This document shows, piece after piece, positions 11,101 through 24,574 of a DNA stretch of 64,000 bases. The notes beneath the pieces were generated by a model. That model saw only the letters and a list, made by a program, of their open reading frames with translations. It ran no database searches and was not told the origin of the DNA. A program made the position numbers and the translations under genes. The stretch covers positions 149,150-213,149 of the forward strand of contig NMRA01000014.1 in NCBI GenBank assembly GCA_002633005.1. Direction: 5' to 3'. The stretch is from Phoronis australis. Taxonomy: Eukaryota; Animalia; Phoronida. Each line of letters opens with the position of its first letter. Position 1 is the stretch's first letter.

Positions 11101-14071
11101 AACAGCGGATCAAATACACACATGGAAAAGGTTTTGATATTTTGCATCAGTAAATGCATGCAGCATACTAAGTAGTACACAGAGACCGTTCCATACTTAC
11201 ACTGCCTGTGCTGGTAGGTCAGTAGACACACTACAGAAGGCAGGAGAGTGCACAACTTCACTCAGTCCATAGTCATGCATGCTGGTCTCCACGTCTTGAT
11301 ATGAAGGGGGACAAATACGTGGAGTATATGTGAGGCACCCAGAAGACGAGGCAAGACTAGTCTCTATAACTTGCTGATCCACCACATATTCATTAGAACA
11401 GGACTCATTCAAGCTGGTGTTCATACCAGATTCGCTACAAACACATTGTTGTGAAATGTGAGCTGAAGTGCTTATGGTCTGTTCGCCAGGACTTGGTAGG
11501 CTTATGGTCTTATCCAGTTCTGTGGGACTAAGAACAGTAGGTAAAACATCTTCTTGAGATGTGAGAGACAGGTGTCCTGTTGGGCTATAGATAGTAGGTG
11601 GCGATACACCATCGTCTCGAGACAACGGTGACAAGTAACTCAAGTTAAACAATGAATCGTGATAGTCCAGAGCTTGTTCTTCACTACATGGACCAGAATG
11701 TGAAATGTCTCTGTTGGGCTGTAGGTGTGACTCTTTAATGTAAAGGGATTGCTTCTCACCAATTACATGGTCACGTTTGTCACAGTAAGGATATCTTTCT
11801 TTACAGACGTCATCACCTGACAATTCTTCATTCTCCGTCGCAGTAGCTGACAATTGTCTGACATCTGTCATAAATCCACCATCTGGTGATGGGCAACTTT
11901 CAATATCATAAAAGTCACTATTGTCACTCTCATCTTTAGCAGGTGTTGATGTGTTTTCACCACCCGAGTGAGCTACTGGCAACAAATACTGTTGATCTAA
12001 TCTCTGCCTCGCTCTCGGGGACTCAAAAGCTTTTCCATCAGAACTAAATTCCAATGGTTTCTTTTTTAAACATGTCGGAGAAGGAAAATAACCGTTTTGT
12101 AAACAATTGTCAACAGATGACTTTGAATCCCCTAATAAAGTTACTTTATGGACAGGTGAGTCGTCCATTTGGGTCAGGTCATCACAAGCAATAAATGCAG
12201 ACGTCCTACTAGAATTCAGACGTGAAGGAACTTCAACTCTATGCAGACGAACACCCATATATCTAGAACCCCTATACTTCCGCCTGTAAGCCACAGAATT
12301 GGAATGAATGTCTGAAGATGGCGGAGATAAACATTTCTCACTAATCTCCGGTAAGTTTGAAACCACTAAACCATCTCCAAAACATTTCCCTTTACCAAAT
12401 TCAAAACGGTTCTGTAAAAAGCTATTTCTTGAATGGCATTTGACAGCTTTCCTTTTCTTTGCTTTCCTCCCAGTTGGTGAACTGGGATTAGCTTGAACAT
12501 GATAAGGATGGTCGCATTCTGAGTTTATTTGGCCACACAAGTACTTGTCAGAAAGTCTGTTAAGAATGACCCGTTCCCGGCCAATTTTTAATAAATCAAC
12601 ATTGTTAAGTTGTGTGAAAGCATCACCGCACATAGTTTTGCTTTCTTCTCTTAGCCTAGGTGGCAGCACTGGTTGTGAAGAACTACCAGACGAAAAAGGC
12701 AAATCCAAATCAGAAACTCTTCTACAATGTCTGTACTTCCGAAGTCGCAGTCTCTGAGAACTGCCAGATGGCTTGGCTCTAGTTTGAACACTGTCCGCAC
12801 AGCCGGCCTCAGATAGCTGTAACGCCATCATACCCTTTGCTTTGCCAAGTTGGCGAGAATTTTGACCCAATATCTCCCCTTCACCAGATAACAACTCACG
12901 ATCACAGTAGTCAGCGACGCTCTCACCAGCAACAATCAACTTTTTCGGTCTTTTCATAGAATGACTTGTCTCATCACGTCTTTTACAAATTGAAGAAGTT
13001 GTTGCAAGAATCCTTCCTTGAAGCCGCCCAGATGATGAAGCAATCTCACCACTAGAGGTCACACCAATGCCATAAACAACAGATAGGTTCTGTTGACTCC
13101 TTTTATCCACACCAAACAGTATCTTCTGCCTTTTTGAACCAACCACTTGTTGGTCTAAGTCTGGCTTGCAACATCTGCCATCAATAACTGTGTCACTTGT
13201 ATCTTTCTTAGGTAGTTTAGACGGTTGACATTCGTCATTGACATCTGAAAAAATAGCACATAACTGATACCCATCACTTGTTATGACACTGACAATACCA
13301 ATTACACACCCGTGCAGTGGGGATAGTCGTGTCATTATCAGTCTGACACTGGCAAACCAATGTTTACATAGTCCAGCTCTCTTATTGTCTGCTTTCATCT
13401 GAAAAGCTCATGTAATCCAGCAATTATATTGCAAACACTGACCAATATTTCTATTTGTGAACAACTTCCAATGTCATGAAGCAGATGTGTTTTGTGTGAA
13501 ATACGTTCACCAAAAAACTTCAAATGTAGAAAAGCGGTTGACTTTCAGAGAAATTAGACTTAACTTTAACTTGTTGATTCCTTTGAGTGACTGTAAGCTA
13601 CGACCAGCTTAGCCACAGAATTGTGTACCTACACAAAAGGCTTGCTTGACAAGTTTAATCGAGCGTGATTCTAGATTAGATAGTGATACTGGTAATTTCT
13701 TAATTTTTACACTCCAGGAGAATGGTAGGTAATGCCAAAACGTAATCACAAACAATATTTGCACACAGTAACTAACGTAAATACTAAGGTGTGTGATAAA
13801 GATGTTGACAGAAGTACTTCAATAAAAACATTGTTCCACTCTGGCTTCAAACTAGTTCGTGCTTTGTTTTTGTTGAAACATATGTGACTTTCTAAGCACC
13901 AGCCTCTTAAACACTATTATAGGTACTAGCACCGTAAGGCATTCAGGAAACTACAGCGCCCTTTTAAGGTCTAAGAACTGCTCACCCAGATCATCATTTG
14001 CTCCATCCATTTGTGGAATATCTCTGAGTTGGGAACTGTTCCATGACAGGTCAAAGGAAACTGCAGCACTG
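2158..14071 (-). CDS. REV3L: DNA polymerase zeta catalytic subunit, partial. Exons 14071-13986, 13244-11201, 8807-8768, 8149-7640, 6601-6545, 6200-6078, 4589-4321, 3675-3560, 2276-2158; continues beyond the window start; N-terminal exons not found
   Basis: GT-AG exons with compatible phases translate to REV3-specific motifs: IPQMDG, FCSVSTDLP, QIEGPTLNNTYGFKV, QYLTVLSVEVFCTTRGDLKPDPEFDAISAIFY, LDPDILVGYEVQMSSWGYLFER, AGRVVINLWRFVRHE. The ~2-kb low-complexity central exon is typical of metazoan REV3L. The 8149 acceptor is a GAG chosen for phase compatibility and is less certain. Confidence 0.93.
2990..3385 (+). mobile_element. Short RTE-related non-autonomous retroelement with a (GAA)n tail
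   Basis: GGCAG...TCTAGGAGAAGGAA.ACACTGATTTAAAACC resembles recalled RTE 5' regions and is partly repeated internally. The element ends in (GAA)7 and is flanked by imperfect ATTAAYTC repeats. Confidence 0.45.
4676..4930. repeat. Diverged ~130-bp tandem duplication in a REV3L intron
   Basis: ATGTTGGCCGTCAAGTCCAT...AAACAGCACGCA...AATTTCTCTA..TGCACTC..ATAGAGAACC occurs at ~4678 and again at ~4809. Confidence 0.8.
4965..5682 (-). mobile_element. HINE/DINE-1-like element, copy with the best-preserved termini
   Basis: AACAAGAG-CAACGC-AGA-GCGTTG hairpin; subterminal inverted repeat ATGCGCCCAC...GTGGGCGCAT; (GGAC)n-like tract at 5596-5635; terminal hairpin ATGCGTCCACATAT-AA-ATATGTGGGCGCAT. An unrelated insert occupies ~5075-5345. 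Confidence 0.75.
8942..10140 (-). mobile_element. HINE/DINE-1-like element, longer copy with an extra round of internal subrepeats
   Basis: Same termini and internal blocks as 373-1180 (e.g. GTTTATTTGTATCATAAAAA..GGCCACTAGATG, CAACTTCATATAAATA, GATCCTGCAGTGGGTTTAG). Confidence 0.72.
10355..10815. repeat. Complex minisatellite built on the core GAAGTTGAGGGTTGTGAAATG
   Basis: About 10 copies of the core are interleaved with GAGTCTGGCTTCAAATCTCAATGAAG, forming a higher-order repeat. It explains the spurious ORFs at 10290-10785. Confidence 0.9.
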
Positions 14072-14209
14072 CTAGAGAATACGGTAAAGGTGGTTAAAAT
14101 GCAAAAAAAATCTAGGTGACATAAAATTTTTCTTTAATTAATGTAAGAATGCATAAAAAATCTGAAAATTTCTAGTTATCATCTCACCACAGAAAGACAA
14201 TTTTAGGTA

Positions 14210-17200
14210 AAACATGTTATTATTTCAAATGAACTTTTATCATCAAAATGAACATGTAATGGAAAAATCAAGAGATCATTTTCAAGCTCCCCTAGGGATT
14301 CATGAGATCAATTAACAGCCAATCTTGGGTACACTCAAACTGATTTCACTGAACCCAACCATTGAGAGGTCTAGCATCGTGACAGTTTGGGTACACTCAT
14401 TTTCATTTCACAGTACCCAAGGTTAGTGACAAATCTGCACATTTGGGTACACCCATTTCCCTTTCACTGTACCCAAGACCACTGACATATCTTAGCATGA
14501 TTGGATACACCCATTTCCATTTCATTGTACCCAAGACTACTGACATACCTTAATATTTTTGGGTACACCCATTTTACTGTACTCAAAGCCAGTGACAAAT
14601 CATCGACGGATTTGGGTACCCGATAGCCTGAATACAACATTGCTTGTGTGAGTAACTAAGTTCAAATGACTCCAACTAACCACTGACAAATCTTTATACG
14701 TGAGAGTATGAAGAGCCAGAGCAATGGCAAGCTAAATTCACCAAGACACAAGTTGTTCCATAATACAGCCTGTCTAAGGACAAGCATATAAAAACTTTAA
14801 AAAACTGTCGCTTGGTAGTACATGGTTACTTTTGTTTAGAAAAATACACATTTCGAATTATTCAAAGTTTATTTCAGAGTAATCACCTTCACCAAAAAAG
14901 ACCATAAACACTTCAAATGTCTAGCTACAGTGTAAATAAATTTATGTTAGCTTCATTTCTACTATTTCCCTGCAAAGTTGTGTTTTGCTCGACTTACATT
15001 CCACTGTTCAAGTAACATTACTAATGTGCCTTGGTTGTAACTAACAAGGTATTCACATTTTGTTTCGTACTTCCCAAGTTTTCATATATCACAAATCTAT
15101 AACTCATGCAAATTATGAATTATCTATCTTCTATACAAAATGTCGTTTACACAAACTCCGTCTCCACTGCTCCACTACATACATTTGTTGCACCGGTTTC
15201 GGCACCGGCCCCTTATTTATATTCGACACATTTTTTCAAGGACTGTTTTTTCGCGGATGCTGAGGGAGCGATGCCACTTTCATACAGTCCGTCAGCTCCG
15301 TCGCGTATATACTTCTTCGAGTCAATCACAGCCAAATTTCATGATGTCATTAAAAACAACACTTTTTGTGTACACTAAATTATTTAATACCCGTGTTGGA
15401 AAAATTGGCGTTGTACCGTTACTTTGCTACTAATACTTAGGTGCGCTCTTTTGGGGTCGGTATTTGGTGCCATGAAATATTGCGTCACCTATTGGCCAAT
15501 TTACCCGATTCATCTTCACTAGGATGTTGTACATGTCACAAGAAATCATTGGAACAGGTTTAGTATTTTAGTACTAGTATACCTTAATTTCAGCACAAAT
15601 TTTGCTGATGCAAAGCTTTTCGTCATCTACCGAGACATATCGCAAATTTTTAGAAAGGGGTGTGCACTTCTGAGCACACTGTTTTCAAAATCATGAGACT
15701 TTTCTTTGTTACAAAAGGTGAGGAATGGTTCAAAAATGATGATTATTAGATTTTTTTTTTCGCGGCTGCAATGGGTAAGGCGAGTGTCACTTGATTCCCA
15801 GATTCTGCATGCATCCCATAGCTCATCAACTATACAATCATGTTGATATAAGTTTCACGACGAAGTGATGAGCTGACCTACCTGGGTTGTGTGTAATTTT
15901 GGTGTCTAATGGAGCTCAATAATCAGTTACCTAGGTGTAAGTTGATGATGATAGTCTTCATACAGCTAACTGGCTTTCTACCATATGTACATTTATGATG
16001 TGACTTTTGTAAACATCGTGTACAACACAGTATTTTAAATGCTGATTACCATACATTATCAGTGTCAAATGTTCTGGAAATAAAAAAAATATTTGTACTG
16101 CCTGTGAAAGGAATCCCGCAGCCAAACACCCTGCCTAAATCTAACAGAAATTGTGATTGAAGCTTTAAAATAAATAAATATCCCTGTCTCTTGCAATGAA
16201 TACTATGTTCACTTCTACCTATTCCCTCTCGACAACTAAATTAATCATCCGGAACTAGCACAAAATTGGCTACCAATATCAGTTTTTCCACTTCTTATTC
16301 CCAATTTTCAAATTTAAACACAGGTTCCATATAATTTGCTCGTGTCCTCAACAAAAATCATTTTAGGACATAGTAGGACCGAGTATACAAGATAGTTTTA
16401 TAGCCCAAGTACGAAATGTTGATGGTCAAACCTGTCCTTTACCTTTTCAATTTCTACACAAACCACTAAAATATTTTGGAAAAAGGTGGACGAAATCTGA
16501 CCTCGGTACACAATTCATGATATTCAGATATTGTCTATTGGGGGCTACTGGTACCAAAATCATATGGATCTTGGGCAGTTTTAGCCATTGCCAGCCTCAA
16601 AATTCATTGGTGTCCAAACTGTCACCATTAACACTAACACCATAGTTTATGATAACCTCCTCCTCACTGACACTAACAGGTCATGTCATCTTCAACACCA
16701 GTGTCCATATCAACATTCTCTCCCTCAATAATCAACCCTTCTTGAATCACTGTCACGCTGACAAACTTATCCGTAGAATTATGTCCAACTCTCATCCATT
16801 AAATTTCATTTAATAGAGCATGCCTCTTGTTGTAGCTTCATTTGTGTAGAGGCTTGTTGACAGTACTCAAGCAGTTGACGAGGGATTTTATCTTTTGCCT
16901 GAAATAAAGACAACATAATGCAGATTTCGTGACCTTCAGTGTGTCCACATATACACAATGTGGTCATCTATTGCCATAATCCTGTCGGGTTGTCTGCTTC
17001 GTTGTCTCACAATCCCTGGTTGGATCTTTAGAACGCTTACAGGGTAAAATGCAGCAATTTGAGGTTTAAAGAACAAACAAAAAATTCTTTATAATCATGC
17101 ATCCAACTCCAAGCCAACGGTTATTTGGGATTTAAAGATGAAAAATATTTTCTATGTAAGGCTATGTAGGATATTACAAATATCTACAAATCTTTAAATA

Positions 17201-20200
17201 CAAGTCAACAGTTATGATTTCTGAAAGTTAAGGGTGTAGACTTTGAGTTATAAACTTTACACCAATATTTTCTTATTTGGCCGGTCTCATGACCTTGCCT
17301 TTTTACTTAACTTTCCTATTCATAACAAAGAACTAAAATATTGCAATAATTTAAGAGGCTCCAGTGATTACCCAAACGTTTTCTGAACATGATGCTCTAT
17401 TCAGTGACTTTTCAAATAAATATAAAAAATCGGACCCCATCAAGCGCTGAAGCATGTTAATTGTTTGATACTTACACAGGTGTATTCAGCTGTCCGCTGG
17501 TTGAAACTTGTTGAGTAGCACCAGTCTTCTGCATCTGGTTAGTTTTTGACCATTCACATGAATGAAGACATCATTGCCTTTTTGACAAAGTAGCTCTTTG
17601 ACACCCTGTCTACACCACTTGTTAGTAACAGTAGGCCTATAGTTCAAATCAAGTTATCTAACTTCTTTCGTATTTTGGAGGAACAGGTGCTATTGGCCAA
17701 GGGCTCTAGTAGAACAGTAACCTGTGCTCATTCCAGGCTCAGATAGACTTGTTAAATTAATTTGAGTTCCAGGCAATATTGACTGCCTTTTCAGGTTATG
17801 TAACACCATATAGAGTGTCTGACACTGTGTGAGTACTGGTTACCAAAGTAATGTGTATGTCAACTAATCCACAAAGGCTAAATTGAAACCACTGCTTAGG
17901 CATGAGACACTGTAGATAATGGTCTTTACCAGCAGTTTGTCTTTATTCTGACATCCACTTTCGTTATTGGTGAAGTTTGATATTTCACTGACCTTACAAA
18001 CATCCTGCAAAGAAGATTTTACAGAATTTTTCTCATTCTCACTTAAAGACATGTCTGAACACATGGATATGGAAGATGAAACTTTCACTTCAGGTAAGTA
18101 ACTATTTTTAGTTGTGTCTATTAGTTTATGATAAACATTTTCACAACATGATCAGCAATCCTGCTGAGGAAAGTTTGTGTACCTACTAATTTGAAAAATT
18201 GACAATGTATATGAGGTATTATTTTAGTTAAAAGGTTTTGAAAAATTGAAATGTAGCTTTAATCTTAATTGGTTTTTATATACAACGTTATGTTCATTTT
18301 GTAGGTCTTTATATTCTCAGATTTGCTTCTACTGGTCACCCATGCTTTAACCAATTGGTTAATATTGATCACATGAGGTCTATCCAAATACAAGGTCACT
18401 TGGTTGATGGCATATGGTTTCATGTTACTGTCTCTGTTTATTCAATGTGACCAAATTCTTCAACAAGCTGAGGCTGTGGTTAGATTATTTCTGGGCAAGT
18501 TTGAAGATAGAAACACCAGTGGGATTTTAATGCTGTTTGGTGTATGGGTTATTCTGTTTTGCCATATAACATCTGCTAAAACTAAATCAGAACAAAAGCA
18601 TATAATTTTTAATTAGTAATAAATTTTACGATTGGCCAATTCAATAAATTGAAACAATTGAGCTGCTGTTGTTTTTTTGTTTGAGTTAGCAACCAAAATC
18701 AAGTCCTATCATGGAAGGACTATTACTGAATCTATTTTATGAGCTAAAGTAGCTACATTCTTTTTTCCATTAAAGAATCCAGCGCTTGAATTCATACTTA
18801 TGGGAACCCTAAGTGTAAAAAAAATCCAGGACACAAAATGTTCTATGCAAGATTAAAAAAACAGCCAAATCTTTGTTCTAAAACCCCTTGACCCCCACAA
18901 CCCTCTGGATTCACAACCCCTCAACAGGTGACAACAGATGATCTGAAAAAGCAATTAAGTTGTGGGTGTGCCATTGTTGTCACGGCTACCAATGGCCCTG
19001 TTCTACTAAACTTAGAGTACATTAACATGAATGCACATAACTTCACATTTTTATTATTTGCTTTCTGTCACACATTTGTTTACAATATACTAAATGTAAC
19101 TTTGAGATGTTTTTTTAGTTAGCAATTTGTTTTTTTACAAACTGTATTTATGGCCTTCTCGCATTCTCCTAAGTAGCTTAAATGTAACATTCACTGGAGA
19201 GCTGACAAGGCGACGATTACCCTCTGCCGGGAACGAGATGCTTGTCATGTTGGTAGTTCACTGATTTGATTTGGTTGCGTCATTTCTTTTCTGTTTTTGG
19301 CTTTCAAACTTGCAGAACCGACTCTCTTACTCTCAAAAAAAAACAGGGAAAAGCAAGCTGAGATCATAGCCAGACTTGTTGGTCCTGCAAGTCGGTGCTT
19401 GTTCTATGTTCAGATCAAGTTGAGCTTGTGTAAACTAGTTGGGTTGAGGGGATTGTGAGCCGTGAGTCCAGGTGTCGTGGGGTTGAGCCTGTCGAAGGGG
19501 TTGTACAACAATCCTGCTCACACTGCAGGACCAAAAATACCTCAAAACCAGAATTTTCACACCATTTTCACATCAGTACCTTTAATTTATTATGTCAAGG
19601 CCCAAAATTGATCACGAGAACCTATAATTTATCACATCAGGAGCAAAAATAACAAGCCAATTCTGAAAATTTTACACGTCTCGGAACCGAAAACTTTTCT
19701 CATCAGAAAAAAATTTATGCGGGGAGACTATGTGGCCATTAAGTAACAAAAGGGTAAGCGTTCAACAAGCTCATGGCGTGGAGCATTTACAGACCTTGAT
19801 ATTCCAAGACTAGGCTAGGCGAGGTGCACATGGGGTGAGATTTGTAAATGAAAGTTTTCAGTGCTCCTTTTCAGCCAACAAACAGTACTGACAAACACTA
19901 CCACAATGGTGGTAACTGTGTAACAATTAAATAATGCCAGTTTCAGATTATTGGGTTTTGTGGTGCATCTTTAATTTACATTTCTTACACAAAGGTGCAA
20001 AAATTAATTTTTATTTCACGTTCTCGACTGTCACGTATACCTTTTCTGATACAAAAGCCGTTCTAATATCTATTTACAGTCTTGTAACCCTGATTTGAAC
20101 ACTATTTTCCTTAGCAGCCAAAGCACCAGTGATAAATAGGGTTCCAAAGGTTTACTTTTGCTGGCAGATGAGTTGCCTCAAAATTACAAATCTGTCACAC

Positions 20201-23200
20201 TCTTACTAATGCTGGACACTGGCAGACTGATGGGATGTGGCCAGATAAGAAGACTTGTAACACAATCACATTCTTTCACATAGTACAGTGAGTGTTAACT
20301 AATACAAGAGGCAGTGTGTTAGTGGTATGAAAACCACTGAAACATGTATCCTTGGTTTTGGGTCACAATCATATAGGCGGGAACTTTAAAAAGACTCAAA
20401 CTTTTGACATTTAGTGGCCTGTGATGAATACAGCCAAAGAAACCAACTGCTTTGTAGGTGTGCCCTAGAAGTTCTCTTCTTAGATGTTTTTGAAAAGCCT
20501 GGCTTTTAGGACTCCAATTGTCAAACAATATGAACATTATTTAAGACAACATTTGTGTTGACTTGTGAATAACCTGTTGCAGCTGTTGCATATGTTCACA
20601 TTGTAAACTAGTTGTTAGCTGATTGCGCTGCTGCACTTTTCAGAAGTTGAGCTCTATGTCAGTGTTCAGTAGACGTTATGTTGAGCCATGACAACAAATC
20701 TGCACATTTTGTCAAACATCTGCAATACCATGGACATCAACTATATAAGAGTATTGAAATTACAAAGCTTGTTTATATTAAACTTCTAGAAACCAAAAAA
20801 ACAAGAAGTACATCTGTAGCAAGACAACAGTATCAGTGCTGTGGCCAAATTTCATTTGATGCAAATCTTCATGATGAAATCCCAAAACGCTATAATAGTG
20901 ATTTTTCTATAACCCTTTCTCCTCATGCAAAATTTGAACATTTCTAAAAAACCCGATCATTGCTATTTCTAACATGTGAACTTAAAACTCTGTCAAGAAA
21001 TTACCATTGTCCTAACAATAAGCACTGAGTTTTCATGTTGACCTTGGCTAAGCAACATAATCTGACTCAAATTTAGCTCGAGTCTAACATTAATATTCTT
21101 ATGTTAAAATACTTAATTATGCTTTAACAGACAAAAAAATTAGGTATAAAGCCTGGCCATCTTGAATGTTCGTGTCCAATTTTTCATGCACGACATAATC
21201 AGTGCCAAGGAAAGTGGCTAAACCAGGAGCATTAATGTTACATTTTTATGTTACATTTTTGTGTAACATTTGACATTAACTGCATACTAATTTATTTGCA
21301 ATTGAGCAAGTTTGCAATGTTTGAATATTTAATTAGATTTGTAGATACAAAATAATGAAACACATGTATATATACAACCAGGTATGAAAATCATTCCTGA
21401 AAATCTAATCACATCTTTCTTGTCTGGGTAAAGTGCAAAACTGTGCTCGTTATTTGAATTCAATTTTTGGTGAATATGATTAAATTAGATGGGTGTGAAT
21501 TGGGGGCACAGTTATCCAAATAAACCTTTTTCACTAAGACCGACCTGTGTTCTAGCAGAATACCTTTTAGACTGTATAAATTCATTTTTTGTTGTTATTA
21601 CAGGTTTTACTAGGAATATCCACAAATGGCAAGCAAGTAATCTCCACTCAAACAGCTCAGATTTCTCACATATGTACATCAAACAGAAAGATATAATGTT
21701 AGCTAGAGGTCGATATCGATAAAGGAGAAGTTTTAGATCACAGGTAGTGCAAGCAGCGGAGGTGAATGGCGATGACAGTCATAAAGTGGCATCTTGGATA
21801 AATCACTTCTTTCAGCGGGCTGACCTGACCAGTGAAAGGAAAAAGAGGAAAACAAGAACCATGCCAAAGGATGTCAAAGCAAGACTGGAACATGAGTTAG
21901 ACCCAGAGACTATTTAGATGATGAATGCTCACTTTTCTACTCAAAGTGTCTCGCTATGCCTAGCTGGCTAAAAAACAATACCGGTAGATGAATTCGGCCA
22001 TTTACTCTCATGAATTTTTTTCCTGTGATAGGACTATTTTTCCAACGCCAAAGGTAATTGACTGTGAATGGAGTTGGTAATGGCAATGGAATCCTGTCAA
22101 AGTAGGCATATTACGAGACAAACGTTTGTGAAAGTAAAAGGCGTACTTCATTTTTTTGAGTTTTAGCCCGCTAAACAGCGCTAAACACAACTTAAAGTAA
22201 ACATTTGTTTGCAGTGTTTAGCCTGTTAAATCAAATACCACACGCATTGCACGATCCTAACCATGTCAGCTTGTGAAGTAACAGTTTTACTATTAGTAGG
22301 ATTGTGGCATGAAAGTATATGGAAACTCTTGACGTTAGGTTGTAAAGTAATATTCCTGCAGCTTTTGTAAAAATCTGACACGATTGTTGATTAAAGCTCT
22401 CTGTTAACCAAAATGTGCAAAACTCAAAATGACATAATCCGTCAGAGAGATGCCATATAATGGTCAGCTTTTTTCTAACTTCATGTACTATGATGAACAA
22501 TATGCGTGTAAGCTGAAACACAGTAAAATGAACAGGTTTCATTTAGCCAGATAAAATATGTTGTCATGAAAATTACACTTGGATTAGATAAAACTAATGC
22601 ATCATCCAGTTTCGTTGCTTCTAGTTTTGCCAACTGTTTTAACTTGGCAAAATATTTTCACCAAGTATACTGCTCTGTTTTTTATGTTTATTTGCACTCT
22701 ACAGGTTGCATTCTTCGTCGAATTCGCACAAAATTCACACACAACCTCTAGCTTCAGTGTAGCTGGAAGCCCATTGTCTCTTGTCATAATCAGATTCAAG
22801 ATGGCGGACGTGACGGACATGTTTTGGATTTCGGATTCAAATGCTCAGAGGCCACTATTTGACATACAAAGCAGAACATCGGTAGGATTATTGTATTACC
22901 GAAGTGACGGAAATCAGTCACTTCTGGTCAAAGATGGTGAAAATATTGGCCATGATTGTAGAGGCATTCGATTTCAGGACGAACGTTTTGGCCTGTGGAG
23001 GGTGCATTGTAAGACCAATTGCTTCAAAAATTTTCACGTGTTAGTTTCCTATAGTTAGGTATTATCAAGTGCTGCTTAACTGGAACTTGTTTTTAAAATG
23101 GTGGATCTGATGCATTTTCATCAAGTTTCAATTGTGCTGGGGTACTATTTTGAACAAGAACAGGAAATGATGTAAATTTTTGAGGTATGCTCTTGCAAAT

Positions 23201-24363
23201 GAACTGTAACCTACCGTTGTTTGACTTGAAATTTTGACAAAAAATGCAATATTTGACTTTTTTAAAACCATGGTGGAATTTTTGTCAAAGACTGTTAGAT
23301 AAAGTTTTGAACAGGCTTTCAGAATATATTTTTAAATTTTCGCCACGTCCTGTTTTCAAGTTATCCGGTATTTTCTTATGATGCTGTTCCTTTGTTGATT
23401 GAATTTTGTTTGCACTTTTGTTGCTTTTCTTTCCACTGAACAAGACTACATTTCTTCATTTCTAACATCATCATTTGTCACATGATTTTTATGATGGTCT
23501 TCATCACCACCACCATCATCATTATCATATCCTTCATTGTCATTATCTTCTCCTTTGTCACTTTTCAGTCAATTTTTCGAAGTGTCACTCCTCGAAACGC
23601 TTTAATTTTTTATTTTCCAATTCCTAATGCATTATTGTTTCTGATTTCAATTTTCTGTGTTCGGAATACTCTTTACAAAGTGGCAGATATATTTTTATTA
23701 TAGCCGCATACTATGGATGTTTGGTTAATACGTTTATAGGTTTAAAAACATAGCAAGCTGACACAACAAAATGAATTTTGTGAAGTTTGCTTTCCATAGA
23801 TTTTGCATCCACATGGTTCTCACGTTTGGTCATGCCAAACTGATAAATCATTTTTCTTTAATCATTCATACCTACCACATCCCAAAAATTATCAATAAAC
23901 TTGCCCTTGTCTGGGTTCAGCATACTTGCTTCAAATATGATTACATGCAGACAAATGGCTCACTGGTTTTAACCCGTTTTGGGTACTGTGAAATGAAAAT
24001 GGGTGTACCTAAATATGTTAAGATATGACACTGGTCTTGGGTACAAGGAAATCAAAATGGATGTACCCAAACATGACAAAATATGTCACTGGTCTTGGGT
24101 ACAGTGAAATTGAAATGGGTGTACCTGAACATGCTAAGATAAGTCAGAGGTCTTGGGTACAGTGAAATGGAAATGGGTATACCCAAACATTTATAATGCA
24201 AGACCTCTCAACGATTGGGTTGAGTGAAATCAGTTTGAGTGTACCCAAGATTGGTTGTTAGTTGATCATATAAATCCCTTGGGGAACCTGAAAATGAATT
24301 CTTGGTTTTTCCATGACATGTTCATTTTGATGATAAAAGTTCATTTGAAATAATAACATGTTT
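14210..24363. mobile_element. ~10.15-kb degenerate DNA transposon-like element with long terminal inverted repeats (superfamily not assigned)
   Basis: 14210-~14620 is the reverse complement of ~23970-24363; the outer ~45 bp (AAACATGTTATTATTTCAAATGAACTTTTATCATCAAAATGAACATG) are identical. Both arms carry ~57-bp tandem subrepeats. The interior has stop-interrupted, exon-like coding remnants. Confidence 0.75.
16660..20740 (-). pseudogene. Decayed multi-exon coding remnants inside the TIR element
   Basis: Blocks bounded by splice-like sites (~16660-16898, 17475-18090, 19200-19525, 20040-20720) have short readable frames, e.g. AKDKIPRQLLEYCQQ and Cys/His-rich YNVNICNSCNRLFTSQHKCC, broken by stops. 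Family not recognised. Confidence 0.35.
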
Positions 24364-24574
24364 GTAAGAATAGTAAAAAGCATTGAAATTTTGTCTCGGT
24401 GAATTGATTTCTTTTTACACCAAAAGCAAACACAAGCACTCTAGAGCCTTGAACTCCCGACCTCCCCAAAGGGAAACTTACAATAATTGTGATATGCAAG
24501 TATCAAGCCACAATGCTCAATACACATGTATTGAATAAAAACTGACAAGTTTTCAAAGCAACAAACCAACATAC

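Noticed and set aside
13245-13398. N-terminal 50 aa of the 733-aa ORF as a true protein start
   Set aside because: This is intron read-through. The acceptor at 13245-13246 joins in phase to the upstream IPQMDG exon.
22060-22110. Plus-strand GVGNGNG peptide as a displaced or inverted MRPS5 exon
   Set aside because: Flanking residues do not match the S5 domain and a stop follows four codons later.
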